Part shown: positions 1 through 7,521 of the stretch, piece after piece
Numbering within the stretch: position 1 is the first letter of the stretch
How the letters are laid out: the number at the start of each line of letters is the position of its first letter
Virus record (IMG/VR): IMGVR_UViG_2563366972_000001
Coordinates: 1-11,846 of that record
DNA from: a virus
Lineage: Duplodnaviria; Heunggongvirae; Uroviricota; Caudoviricetes
Length of the DNA stretch: 11,846 nucleotides
Reading direction: 5' to 3' (one strand)
Translations under genes and position numbers: made by a program
Notes under the pieces: generated by a model
Databases searched by the model: none
Told to the model about the DNA's origin: nothing
What the model saw: only the letters and a program-made list of their open reading frames with translations

Positions 1-2940
1 ATGCTGTCAGACATAGCGGTCTGCCTGATCCGCTATGTGAAAAATCCCGATTTATGCCCTGCTGAATTGCTGCCATGGCTGGCCTGGGAAATGGCGGTGG
101 ATACCTGGAATGAACACTGGACGGAGACGGAAAAAAGGTCTGCGATAAAACGTGCTGCTTACATCCACCGCCACAGAGGGACTAAAGCGGCGCTGATGGC
201 ATCGCTGGCTGACAGTCCCTTCCGGTCGCAGATTGTTGAGTGGTATGAGCAGACCCCACCCGGGGAGCCGTATACCTTTCGTCTGAACGTGGAGCAGAAG
301 GATTTACCGGTGCTGATGAATGATCATCAGGATCTGAAGCATGCGGTGCTTCGTGCGAAAAATCTGCGCTCATGGTTTTCGGTTCACGTTTATGGTCGCA
401 GTGCAGGCCAGGTTTATGCAGCCGGTTACGCCTGTGCCACCGAATATATAAGGAGCCGCATTTTTCCGACCGGTATCACCCTGACGGAAACGGAAGTCTG
501 GCTGGAGCCCGGGGAATGTCGTTTTATCGGCGTCACTATCCTGCCACCGGAGGCGGAAGACAAAAGTTTCACTGTCCGGGTTGCAGAGCCTGGTTGTGTC
601 ACAGCCACCCTGGCGGAAGGCGGTTTTCTACTGACGGGACAGACGTACGGAGAATGCCAGGTTACCGTGACCACCCTCAACGGTATCAGTTGCACGGTCA
701 GCGTGAAGGTGGTTCCGGTGCTGGCGTTTGTCTCCCGGGTGGAGTCTGCTGACCGGCCCTTATTTTTTGTCCGGCCTGAAAACGCTGATTTCCTGATTAA
801 TTACGGTGACGGTGATAACAGAGAGTATGCGCTCAGGAGTACAAATTCCGGTGTGCTGTATGGTGTATACGCCACACGCCCGCTGACGGAGGGTACCGAA
901 TATCTTATTACCGTAAAAAACCCCGGGCAGGCCACGCTGCAACGCACAGCAGACGCGTTCTCCGCCGCCCTGAATCCGGTCACGGAGCTGGTTCGTTATA
1001 CGGGAACAGTGAGTTCATTAGCGTCGTTTGTCAGTGGACAGCGAAACCTGGTCACTGTACATGACGACGCCTTTAAGGGACTGCAGGGGGTACGGGACTG
1101 TTACAGCCTGTTTACTGGTTGTACCGCACTGGAGACGGTTCCCGCCACACTCTTCGCCGGCTTCACTGAGGCCCGGAGTTTCAGAGGCGTCTTCAGTAAT
1201 TGTACCTCGCTGTCAGCTGTCCCTGACGGCTTATTCCGTGGTCTGGAGAACGCGGGTACGTTTGACAGTGCATTTTATGGCTGCAGCGCGTTGCAGACGG
1301 TGGGGCGAGACCTGTTTTCAGGCTGCACATCGGCCAAGGATTTTGGCAGGCTTTTTTATAACTGTACCTCACTGACCAGTATCGGCGAGGGGCTGTTTAC
1401 TGGCTGTGTCAGTGCCACGCAGTTCAGGGAGGCGTTTTATTCCTGCAGTCGACTGGCGACCATTCCCGGAGGTATCTTCAGCCATGTGCCTGGCGGGGAT
1501 TTTTCCCGGACATTCAGCAAATGTACGTCACTGACGGCGGTACCTTCCGGGATGTTCAGCCCGTGCATCCGCTCAACGACATTCCGGGAGGCATTTATGG
1601 ACTGCAGTGCATTACAGTCCCTCCCGGATGGCCTGTTTGAAAATCTGACCAGCGTCACCACCTTCAACAGTGTGTTCAGAAACTGTACGGCGCTGCGTAC
1701 CACCGGAGACCATCTGTTCCGTAACTGCACGGGGGCAGGAGATTTTTCTTTCGCATTTTACGGTGATAAATCTCTGCAAAGCACCGGAGAGGGGCTTCTG
1801 GCAGGCTGTACCGGTGCAAAAGACTTTGCTTCGGCATTTTATAACTGCCGGGTGCTGAGCGTAATGCCGGATTTTGGTGACTGCCGTGAGCTGACGACCC
1901 TTCATTCTGCATTTCGTAACTGCGAGTCACTGACGGAGATCCCTGACGGTGCGTTCAGAGGGGCTGAAAATCTCATCAACGTGTATAACGCCTTTATGGC
2001 GTGTTCCGGTCTGCTGCGCGTGGGGGAACGTGTATTCAGTGACTGCACCGCCCTGACACAGGTCCGGGGGCTGTTCGTCGACTGTGTCTCGCTGCGCTCT
2101 GTTGGAGCCCGCTTATTTGACGGGTGCTCAGAAATTAAAGAGCTACTGGAGGTATTCAGGAACTGCCGCGCTCTGCGCACCCTGCCGCTGATGCTGTTTG
2201 GCAATGTTCCCGGAGTCACCTATCTCTGGATGACGTTCAGTGGCTGCATTTCGCTGGAAAGCCTCCCGGACGACCTGTTTGGAGCCATGACGAAACTGAC
2301 GACCGCCAGGGGTATTTTTTATTCCTGCACATCACTGACCACTGTTCCGCCCGGTGTGTTTGAGCACAATCCGCTGCTGGTTACGGTGGAGAGTGCTTTT
2401 GCGGGATGTACAGCGCTGCAGACCGTACCGGAGTCGCTGTTTGCTGCCTGTCCGCTGATATCCGTCTTCCTGAGTGCGTTTTCTGAAACCGGACTGGTCT
2501 CAGTGCCTGCAGGGCTGTTCCGTCACAACCTGCACGTCACCACGTTCAGTAAGGTGTTTATGAAATGTTCCCGTCTGGAGGTGGTCCCCGCGGATCTGTT
2601 TTCCGGTAACAGTCTGGCCACGGATTTCAGCTATGCGTTCAGCCAGTGCACATCACTGAAACAGGCGGAAACAGGCTTGCTTTCCGGTACAGCGGTATCG
2701 GATGCCGGGCACCTCTTTGACAGATGTGTATCACTGGAAAGTATTGTGGAGGCGATTTTCAGCCCGGATTTTTTCAGTACGGTGACGGATGTAAGAAGCG
2801 CGTTTGAAGGGTGTGTGAAGCTGCGCGGGCACGGGCTGTCATTTATCAGCAGACTGCCTGAGCAGGTCATCCATGCAAGAACACTGTTTCAGTGCACAGC
2901 ACTGGACGATTACGGCGAATTGCCGACAGGATGGAGTTAA
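1..2940 (+). CDS. 5'-partial baseplate wedge protein (P2 gpI-like) fused in frame to an ~820-aa C-terminal extension: beta-rich, possibly Ig-like, segment plus tandem Cys-containing LRR-like repeats
   Basis: One uninterrupted frame from window position 1 to TAA at 2938-2940; the window starts inside the gene, so the true start lies upstream. Residues ~1-155 carry the tail-protein-I hallmark 'NPDLCPAELLPWLAWEMAVDTWNEHWTETEKRSAIKRAAY...EWYEQTPPGEPYTFRLNV', which aligns to my recollection of P2 gpI (NPDTCPANLLPWLAWAFSVDRWDEKW...). Where gpI normally ends (~nt 465) the frame continues for >800 aa. Residues ~355-979 are ~22 repeats of ~27 aa with motif F-x-x-C-[TS]-x-L-x-x-[VI]-P-x-x-L-F. Confidence 0.8.
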   Translation: MLSDIAVCLIRYVKNPDLCPAELLPWLAWEMAVDTWNEHWTETEKRSAIKRAAYIHRHRGTKAALMASLADSPFRSQIVEWYEQTPPGEPYTFRLNVEQKDLPVLMNDHQDLKHAVLRAKNLRSWFSVHVYGRSAGQVYAAGYACATEYIRSRIFPTGITLTETEVWLEPGECRFIGVTILPPEAEDKSFTVRVAEPGCVTATLAEGGFLLTGQTYGECQVTVTTLNGISCTVSVKVVPVLAFVSRVESADRPLFFVRPENADFLINYGDGDNREYALRSTNSGVLYGVYATRPLTEGTEYLITVKNPGQATLQRTADAFSAALNPVTELVRYTGTVSSLASFVSGQRNLVTVHDDAFKGLQGVRDCYSLFTGCTALETVPATLFAGFTEARSFRGVFSNCTSLSAVPDGLFRGLENAGTFDSAFYGCSALQTVGRDLFSGCTSAKDFGRLFYNCTSLTSIGEGLFTGCVSATQFREAFYSCSRLATIPGGIFSHVPGGDFSRTFSKCTSLTAVPSGMFSPCIRSTTFREAFMDCSALQSLPDGLFENLTSVTTFNSVFRNCTALRTTGDHLFRNCTGAGDFSFAFYGDKSLQSTGEGLLAGCTGAKDFASAFYNCRVLSVMPDFGDCRELTTLHSAFRNCESLTEIPDGAFRGAENLINVYNAFMACSGLLRVGERVFSDCTALTQVRGLFVDCVSLRSVGARLFDGCSEIKELLEVFRNCRALRTLPLMLFGNVPGVTYLWMTFSGCISLESLPDDLFGAMTKLTTARGIFYSCTSLTTVPPGVFEHNPLLVTVESAFAGCTALQTVPESLFAACPLISVFLSAFSETGLVSVPAGLFRHNLHVTTFSKVFMKCSRLEVVPADLFSGNSLATDFSYAFSQCTSLKQAETGLLSGTAVSDAGHLFDRCVSLESIVEAIFSPDFFSTVTDVRSAFEGCVKLRGHGLSFISRLPEQVIHARTLFQCTALDDYGELPTGWS
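1063..2937 (+). repeat. Protein-level tandem repeat array (~22 units x ~81 nt) inside the gpI-fusion ORF; leucine-rich-repeat-like with one conserved Cys per unit
   Basis: Translation shows recurring units such as 'FSNCTSLSAVPDGLFRGLENAGTFDSA', 'FYNCTSLTSIGEGLFTGCVSATQFREA', 'FSKCTSLTAVPSGMFSPCIRSTTFREA', 'FYSCTSLTTVPPGVFEHNPLLVTVESA'. Units are diverged at nucleotide level, so this is an old internal repeat, not a recent duplication. Confidence 0.7.
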
Positions 2941-2942
2941 CC

Positions 2943-3158
2943 ATGACGTTCGTTCAGATGAAGACGTTAATTCATTTCTGCCAGACGGACAGTTGTTTCG
3001 TTGCGTACCTGCAGACACTGGCCCGGGCCGGGGTTCTGGTGATTAACGACGGAGACATTGATGAAGAGAAAAAAGAGGTCAGCCCGGAACTCCGTGACCG
3101 CCTTGTCCGTGTATTTGGTCTGACCACAGAGGAGGCTGTATGTCCGGACTTGTCCTGA
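2943..3158 (+). CDS. Small hypothetical protein (~71 aa) between the gpI-fusion gene and tail fiber H
   Basis: ATG at 2943 preceded by GGAG (2933-2936) with 6-nt spacing. Ends at TGA 3156-3158, overlapping the H start at 3140. Alternative in-frame starts at ATG 2931 or GTG 2892. No family recognised from the translation (MTFVQMKTLIHFCQTDSCFVAYLQTLARAGVLVINDGDIDEEKKEV...). Confidence 0.45.
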   Translation: MTFVQMKTLIHFCQTDSCFVAYLQTLARAGVLVINDGDIDEEKKEVSPELRDRLVRVFGLTTEEAVCPDLS

Positions 3159-4567
3159 CGCTGGCCGGGGCCAGGGAGATTGAAGCCGCCTGGCAGGCCG
3201 GTAAAACGGTTGTTCTGTCAGATGTGGTACTGGGTGACGGTGGTGACGGAAACCTGCCGGATACACCGGATGATATGGCGGCGGTCACGCAGTTGTATGG
3301 GCCGTTTGGCAGTGAACCCTTTTCCACAGCCGGCAGTGACGAAGGGATGATCAGTGGTCAGGTGGTGATTGACTGCAAAAAATATCCGGGAAAAATCCTG
3401 CGTGAACTGGGGCTGCGCAGTCGTTCAGGTACGCTGATTGCTTACGGGCGCTATCCGGATACGTATCTGCCTGCCCAGACGGATTCCATTGTGAAAGAAG
3501 TGATTATCACACTGGTGCTGACACTGACGCATGCGGAAAGTGTGGTGGTGGAAATTGACCCGAACAGGGCCATTATTACTCAGGAAATCGGAGACAGACG
3601 CTATCTGCAACGAAAAAAGAATCTTTCGGATGTGGAAGACAAGGATGAGGCTGTTGAAAACCTCGGATTAAAACCCACGGTGGACAAGGCAAAAAATGCC
3701 GTTCAGCGTGATGGTGACACCATGACCGGGGAACTGAAAATCCGTGGCGTTAATGCGCTGAGGATTTTCAACGACGCTTTTGGCCTTATTTTTCGTCGTT
3801 CGGAAGAGTGCCTGCATCTTATCCCTACCAGTGAAGGTCAGGGCGAGAATGGCGATATTGGTCCACTTCGACCGTTCACTATTAATCTGCGGACGGGTGA
3901 AATATCCATGTCGCATAAAGTGTCTGTTGGCGGCGGTTCTCAGGTCAATGGTGCGCTGGGTATCGGCGTTCAGAACGCGCTGGGCGGAAACTCAATTGCT
4001 TTCGGGGATAACGATACAGGTATAAAACAAAACGGCGACGGCATTCTGGATGTTTATGCGAATGGACAGCATGTATTTCGTTTCCAGAATGGTGTGGCGA
4101 TAGCGTTAAAAAATATTCAGGCCGGAAATGCTAAAAAATTCACGTTATCCAGCGCCAACAACTCCACGAAAAACGCAACGTTTAATTTATGGGGTAATTC
4201 ATCCCGACCTGTAGTTGCAGAGCTTGGTGATGATTCCGGCTGGCATTTTTACAGCCAGAGAAATACCGATGGCAGTATCACATTCGCTGTAAACGGACAG
4301 ATGACCCCATCAAACTATGGAAATTTCGATGCCCGTTATCAGCAGCGAAATGGCGGCGTGCAGGATGTGCGTTATGGTTCCGAAATGTTCTATAACCCTG
4401 GGGGAAATGAAATTTCCTGGACATTTCGCTCACCTGCAGGCTACGGGTTATCCGGTATTAATGTGCAGGAAACCGGAAGTAATTCGGCAGATAACATCGG
4501 CGGCGTGTATTACCGTCCGCTTCAGAAACTGATTAATGGCACCTGGTATAACGTGGCGAGTGTTTAA
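3140..4567 (+). CDS. H: Tail fiber protein (P2 gpH-like) with P2-type C-terminal receptor-binding region
   Basis: ATG at 3140 preceded by GAGGAGG. N-terminus 'LTLAGAREIEAAW...VVLGDGGDG' resembles the baseplate-attachment N-terminus of P2/Mu fibers. C-terminal ~200 aa 'NALGGNSIAFGDNDTGIKQNGDGILDVYANGQHVFRFQNGVAIALKNIQAG...RPVVAELGDDSGWHFYSQRNTDGSITFAVNGQMTPSNYGNFDARY...INGTWYNVASV' closely matches the remembered P2 gpH C-terminus. At 475 aa it is shorter than P2 gpH (669 aa as I recall). Confidence 0.9.
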   Translation: MSGLVLTLAGAREIEAAWQAGKTVVLSDVVLGDGGDGNLPDTPDDMAAVTQLYGPFGSEPFSTAGSDEGMISGQVVIDCKKYPGKILRELGLRSRSGTLIAYGRYPDTYLPAQTDSIVKEVIITLVLTLTHAESVVVEIDPNRAIITQEIGDRRYLQRKKNLSDVEDKDEAVENLGLKPTVDKAKNAVQRDGDTMTGELKIRGVNALRIFNDAFGLIFRRSEECLHLIPTSEGQGENGDIGPLRPFTINLRTGEISMSHKVSVGGGSQVNGALGIGVQNALGGNSIAFGDNDTGIKQNGDGILDVYANGQHVFRFQNGVAIALKNIQAGNAKKFTLSSANNSTKNATFNLWGNSSRPVVAELGDDSGWHFYSQRNTDGSITFAVNGQMTPSNYGNFDARYQQRNGGVQDVRYGSEMFYNPGGNEISWTFRSPAGYGLSGINVQETGSNSADNIGGVYYRPLQKLINGTWYNVASV

Positions 4568-4569
4568 CA

Positions 4570-5112
4570 ATGTTACATTTAAAAAATATTACTGCGGGTA
4601 ATCCGAAAACCGCGGAACAATATCAGATGACAAAACAACATGGTATCACCTGGCTTTTTTCGGAAGATGACAAAAACTGGTATGAAGAGCTGAAAAATTT
4701 TGCCAGTGACACCATAAAAATGGTTTACACCGGAGACGGGCGCGTGGTGTGGGTCGGTAAGGATGTGACAGGCATTGAACCCCGTAACGCCAGTGTTATT
4801 GAAGTTCCTGATATTACCGCTAATCGCCGTATTACCGTGCCTGGTTACTGGTTTTACCGCGACGATAAATTTGTCTTCGACTACAAACTTAAAGCGGAAG
4901 ATGAGCGCGATGCCCTGTTAAAACAGGTCAGCATCATGACCAGCGAGTGGGAAAAAGACCTGCTGCCGGGATTAATCAGTGACGAAGACAGGGAGAAGCT
5001 GAAAGCGTACCGCATTTACGCGAAATCGCTGCAGGCGATGGATTTCAGCGCTATTACGGATAAGACCACATACAACAATATTAGCTGGCCTGAGCATCCA
5101 CAAAATACCTGA
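4570..5112 (+). CDS. G: Tail fiber assembly chaperone (P2 gpG-like)
   Basis: Starts 2 nt after the H stop. N-terminus 'MLHLKNITAGNPKTAEQYQMTK...WYEELKNF..DTIKMVY' and 'VIEVPDITANRR' match the remembered P2 gpG ([22 protein letters not shown]...WYEEVKNF...VVEVPDITSNRR). Confidence 0.85.
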   Translation: MLHLKNITAGNPKTAEQYQMTKQHGITWLFSEDDKNWYEELKNFASDTIKMVYTGDGRVVWVGKDVTGIEPRNASVIEVPDITANRRITVPGYWFYRDDKFVFDYKLKAEDERDALLKQVSIMTSEWEKDLLPGLISDEDREKLKAYRIYAKSLQAMDFSAITDKTTYNNISWPEHPQNT

Positions 5113-5130
5113 AAAAGAAGTTAATCATCT

Positions 5131-5153
5131 GACCGCCTGAGGGCGGTTTTTTT
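5131..5153 (+). terminator. Rho-independent terminator-like hairpin downstream of G
   Basis: Stem CCGCC (5133-5137), loop TGAG, stem GGCGG (5142-5146), then a 7-T run (5147-5153). Lies 19 nt after the G stop and just upstream of the sheath RBS. Confidence 0.65.
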
Positions 5154-5166
5154 ATGGGAGAAATGT

Positions 5167-6642
5167 ATGTCCGGATTACATGGTGTTGAAACCATTGAAC
5201 TGACAACAGGCACGGTTGCCGTGCAGACCATCTCCACGGCAGTGATTGGCCTGGTGGGGACTGCGCCGGGCGCCTCCGGCGGTGTGTGCGCTTCCGGTAC
5301 TGCTGGCTCGTGGCTGCTGGGAACGGCGCTGGATTTCACGGCGAAACAGGAGGGCCGGGTCGGCAATAAGATTTCGGTGGTTGCCGTCGCGGCCACAGAA
5401 CAAAGCGCGCAGACAGTGGTCTCGCTGAAAGGTACGACCCTGACGATAACGCTGGGGACGGATGAGCACAGCCAGGTTAACGCCACGGTGGAGCGTGTGA
5501 CTGAAGTGGTGAATGCGCTGGGGGATTCGCCTGTGACGGCGGCTGTCAGCACCCTGAATGCAGGAGACGCTGAAAATAAAGTGGTGTTGCCGTTCAGCCT
5601 GACGTTATCCGGCGGAGAAGATGAGGCGTTCCCGGTCAATACACCAGTGGTGGTGGCAGGAGCCATTACTCAGGCAGGGAAACTGGGCACAGCCGGAACA
5701 TTATACCCGGCCCTGCGAGATATTTTTGACCAGACTGGTGCGATGGTGATTGTGGTGCGCGCAGAAAGTAAAACAAAGGCGAAAGAGGCCGAACAGCGTG
5801 CGGCGGTGATTCAGGCCATGGAGGCGCTGACAGAAAGTAAGGGCGTGACAGGCTATCAACCGCGCATCCTCATTGCCACGGGGTACAGTGAGGATGATGG
5901 CGTGGCAAAGGCGCTGGAAACGTATGCCGTGAAGCTGCGGGCTGTGGCCTATATTGACTCGCCCTCAATGGCAACGCCGCAGGATGTGGTTCAGCGTCGC
6001 GCGTCCTTTGGCGGACGCGTGGAGCTTCTGCGTCCGCGCGTATCAGTGACGGATGACAGCGGGCAGACGGTGTTTCGTCCGTATTCGGCGCGCGCTGCCG
6101 GGCTGCGTGCCCGTATTGATTACGAAAAAGGGTGGTGGTGGTCCAAATCAAACCAGGACGTGATGAATATCACCGGTCTGGAGCAGGTGGATACGTTTAT
6201 TCTCGGGGAGCAGAACTGCACGGCAAACCTGCTGAACATGGAAAATATCTCCACCATTATTCGTCACGATGGTTTTAAACACTGGGGCAACCGTCTGTGT
6301 TCATCCCACAGTCAGTGGCGTTTTGAGCCGGTACGCCGTACTGCAGATGTGATTGAGGACAGCATTCAGGAGGCCATGCTGCCTTATGTCGATCGTCCGC
6401 TTGATCGGGATGTGGCAGACGACATTCTTGGCAGCATTAATGCCTATATGCGTCAGCTTAAAAATCTGGGCGCGATCCACGGAGGCAGTGCATGGCTGAA
6501 CGATGAACTGAACACTGCAGAAACCCTGGCTGCAGGGCAGTTGTATATCGATTATGACTTTGGGCCGAAGTCACCACTGGAGCGCCTGACACTGCGGGCG
6601 ATGATTAACAATAAACTGGCGCTGGAGGAGCTGACGGTATGA
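5167..6642 (+). CDS. FI: Contractile tail sheath protein (P2 gpFI-like) with an extra N-proximal insertion domain
   Basis: ATG at 5167 with GGGAG at 5156-5160. N-terminus 'MSGLHGVETIEL..GT..V.TISTAVIGLVGTA' and the C-terminal half 'PRILIATGYSED...RAAGLRARIDYEKGWW...IIRHDGFKHWGNRLCS...ETLAAGQLYIDYDFGPKSPLERLTLR' match the remembered P2 FI. At 491 aa it is about 95 aa longer than P2 FI. Confidence 0.9.
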   Translation: MSGLHGVETIELTTGTVAVQTISTAVIGLVGTAPGASGGVCASGTAGSWLLGTALDFTAKQEGRVGNKISVVAVAATEQSAQTVVSLKGTTLTITLGTDEHSQVNATVERVTEVVNALGDSPVTAAVSTLNAGDAENKVVLPFSLTLSGGEDEAFPVNTPVVVAGAITQAGKLGTAGTLYPALRDIFDQTGAMVIVVRAESKTKAKEAEQRAAVIQAMEALTESKGVTGYQPRILIATGYSEDDGVAKALETYAVKLRAVAYIDSPSMATPQDVVQRRASFGGRVELLRPRVSVTDDSGQTVFRPYSARAAGLRARIDYEKGWWWSKSNQDVMNITGLEQVDTFILGEQNCTANLLNMENISTIIRHDGFKHWGNRLCSSHSQWRFEPVRRTADVIEDSIQEAMLPYVDRPLDRDVADDILGSINAYMRQLKNLGAIHGGSAWLNDELNTAETLAAGQLYIDYDFGPKSPLERLTLRAMINNKLALEELTV

Positions 6643-7157
6643 TGACGGGTGAAAAAAAACTGTTGCGCGCATGGGCGTTATTTCTTCCTGGCGGGATCCG
6701 TCTTCAGGGGGCGCATGAATACACGCCGCCTGCCATTAATATCACGACAGTGGATATCAAAACCGGCGCAATGGATGCACCAGTGGCAGTGGATGACGGC
6801 ATGGAGGCGCTGACCTGCTCATTTAAGATTTATGGCTACGATGTTGCCATGCTGACCCTGCTGGGATTACAGGCCGGGCTTTATTCGCCGGAGATTGTTG
6901 TGCGTCAGGCTTACCGGGTGGGAAATGCGACCAGCGGGGAGGTGGAGACACTGCAGGGGATGATCACCAGTATCACACCAGATGCGCGTCCGGCGACATC
7001 ACAGGCGGATGCCTCGGTGACAGTGGAAATGTCGCTGAGTTATTACCGTCAGGCTGTCGACGGTCTGGAAACCATCTGCATTATTCCGGAGGAATTTGTA
7101 CGTCGTATTAACGGCGTTAATGTTCTGTCGGATCTGAAAAAAATTATCCGGGTTTAA
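6639..7157 (+). CDS. FII: Tail tube protein (P2 gpFII-like)
   Basis: ATG at 6639 overlaps the sheath stop (ATGA), with GGAGGAG at 6624-6630. 172 aa, the same length as P2 FII. C-terminal 'MSLSYYRQAVDGLETICIIPEEFVRRINGVNVLSDL' resembles the tube family motif. Confidence 0.85.
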   Translation: MMTGEKKLLRAWALFLPGGIRLQGAHEYTPPAINITTVDIKTGAMDAPVAVDDGMEALTCSFKIYGYDVAMLTLLGLQAGLYSPEIVVRQAYRVGNATSGEVETLQGMITSITPDARPATSQADASVTVEMSLSYYRQAVDGLETICIIPEEFVRRINGVNVLSDLKKIIRV

Positions 7158-7176
7158 TCCCGGCATCCTGTCAAGC

Positions 7177-7205
7177 AGGCGGCTCAGGCCGCCTTTTCTA
7201 TTTTT
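7177..7205 (+). terminator. Intrinsic terminator or attenuator hairpin between tube and E
   Basis: AGGCGGC (7177-7183), loop TCAG, GCCGCCT (7188-7194) form a perfect 7-bp stem, followed by TTTTCTATTTTT. Sits 20 nt after the tube stop and before the E RBS (AGGAG 7208-7212). Confidence 0.65.
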
Positions 7206-7218
7206 AAAGGAGACGCTT

Positions 7219-7521
7219 ATGTCGGAAAAAAACAGTGTTCCCGCCAGCAGTGTGGAAATTGTGTTATCCGTGCCATATGTCACCACATCAGGACAGACGA
7301 TCACCCACGTCACCATGCGTGCGCCTACCGTCCGCGATCGTCTGTTGCATCGTCGGAGTAACAAACCGGAAGCAGAGGCTGATCTGGATATGATTGCCGG
7401 TCTGTGTGGGATGGACGCGGCAGACATGATGAACATGGAAGCGTGTGATTACCTGGCCCTGGAGCGTCAGTTTAATGTTTTTTTGCTGCCGCCGGTCCGG
7501 CGGAAGAAGAAAGCATCCTGA
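7219..7521 (+). CDS. E: Tail assembly chaperone (P2 gpE-like), zero-frame product
   Basis: ATG at 7219 with AGGAG RBS; 100 aa. 'MRAPTVRDRLLHRR...' resembles gpE. The gene position after the tube and before the tape measure is canonical. Confidence 0.8.
   Translation: MSEKNSVPASSVEIVLSVPYVTTSGQTITHVTMRAPTVRDRLLHRRSNKPEAEADLDMIAGLCGMDAADMMNMEACDYLALERQFNVFLLPPVRRKKKAS

Noticed and set aside
372-752. 126-aa plus-strand ORF in an alternative frame
   Set aside because: Sits inside the gpI-fusion ORF in a different frame; its Arg/Gly/Cys-rich translation is typical of an off-frame artefact.
1063-2937. Diversity-generating retroelement target or recent repeat expansion in the LRR region
   Set aside because: Repeats are conserved only at protein level; there is no near-identical template repeat and no reverse transcriptase in the window.
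3140-5112. Possible invertible host-range segment (Mu G-segment or P1 C-segment style) around the fiber genes
   Set aside because: No inverted duplicate of the fiber C-terminus, no flanking inverted repeats and no invertase gene found in the window; H and G are single-copy and co-oriented.
5113-5166. Anti-phage defence cargo at the P2 Z/fun hotspot between G and FI
   Set aside because: The interval is only 54 bp and holds just a hairpin and an RBS; there is no room for an ORF.
5121-5666. 181-aa ORF on the minus strand
   Set aside because: Lies entirely antisense to the well-supported sheath gene, has no RBS and a low-complexity Ala/Thr/Val/Pro-rich translation typical of the reverse frame of GC-rich coding DNA.
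6999-7436. 145-aa minus-strand ORF spanning the tube/E junction
   Set aside because: Overlaps two supported plus-strand genes and the intergenic hairpin; no RBS or recognisable family.
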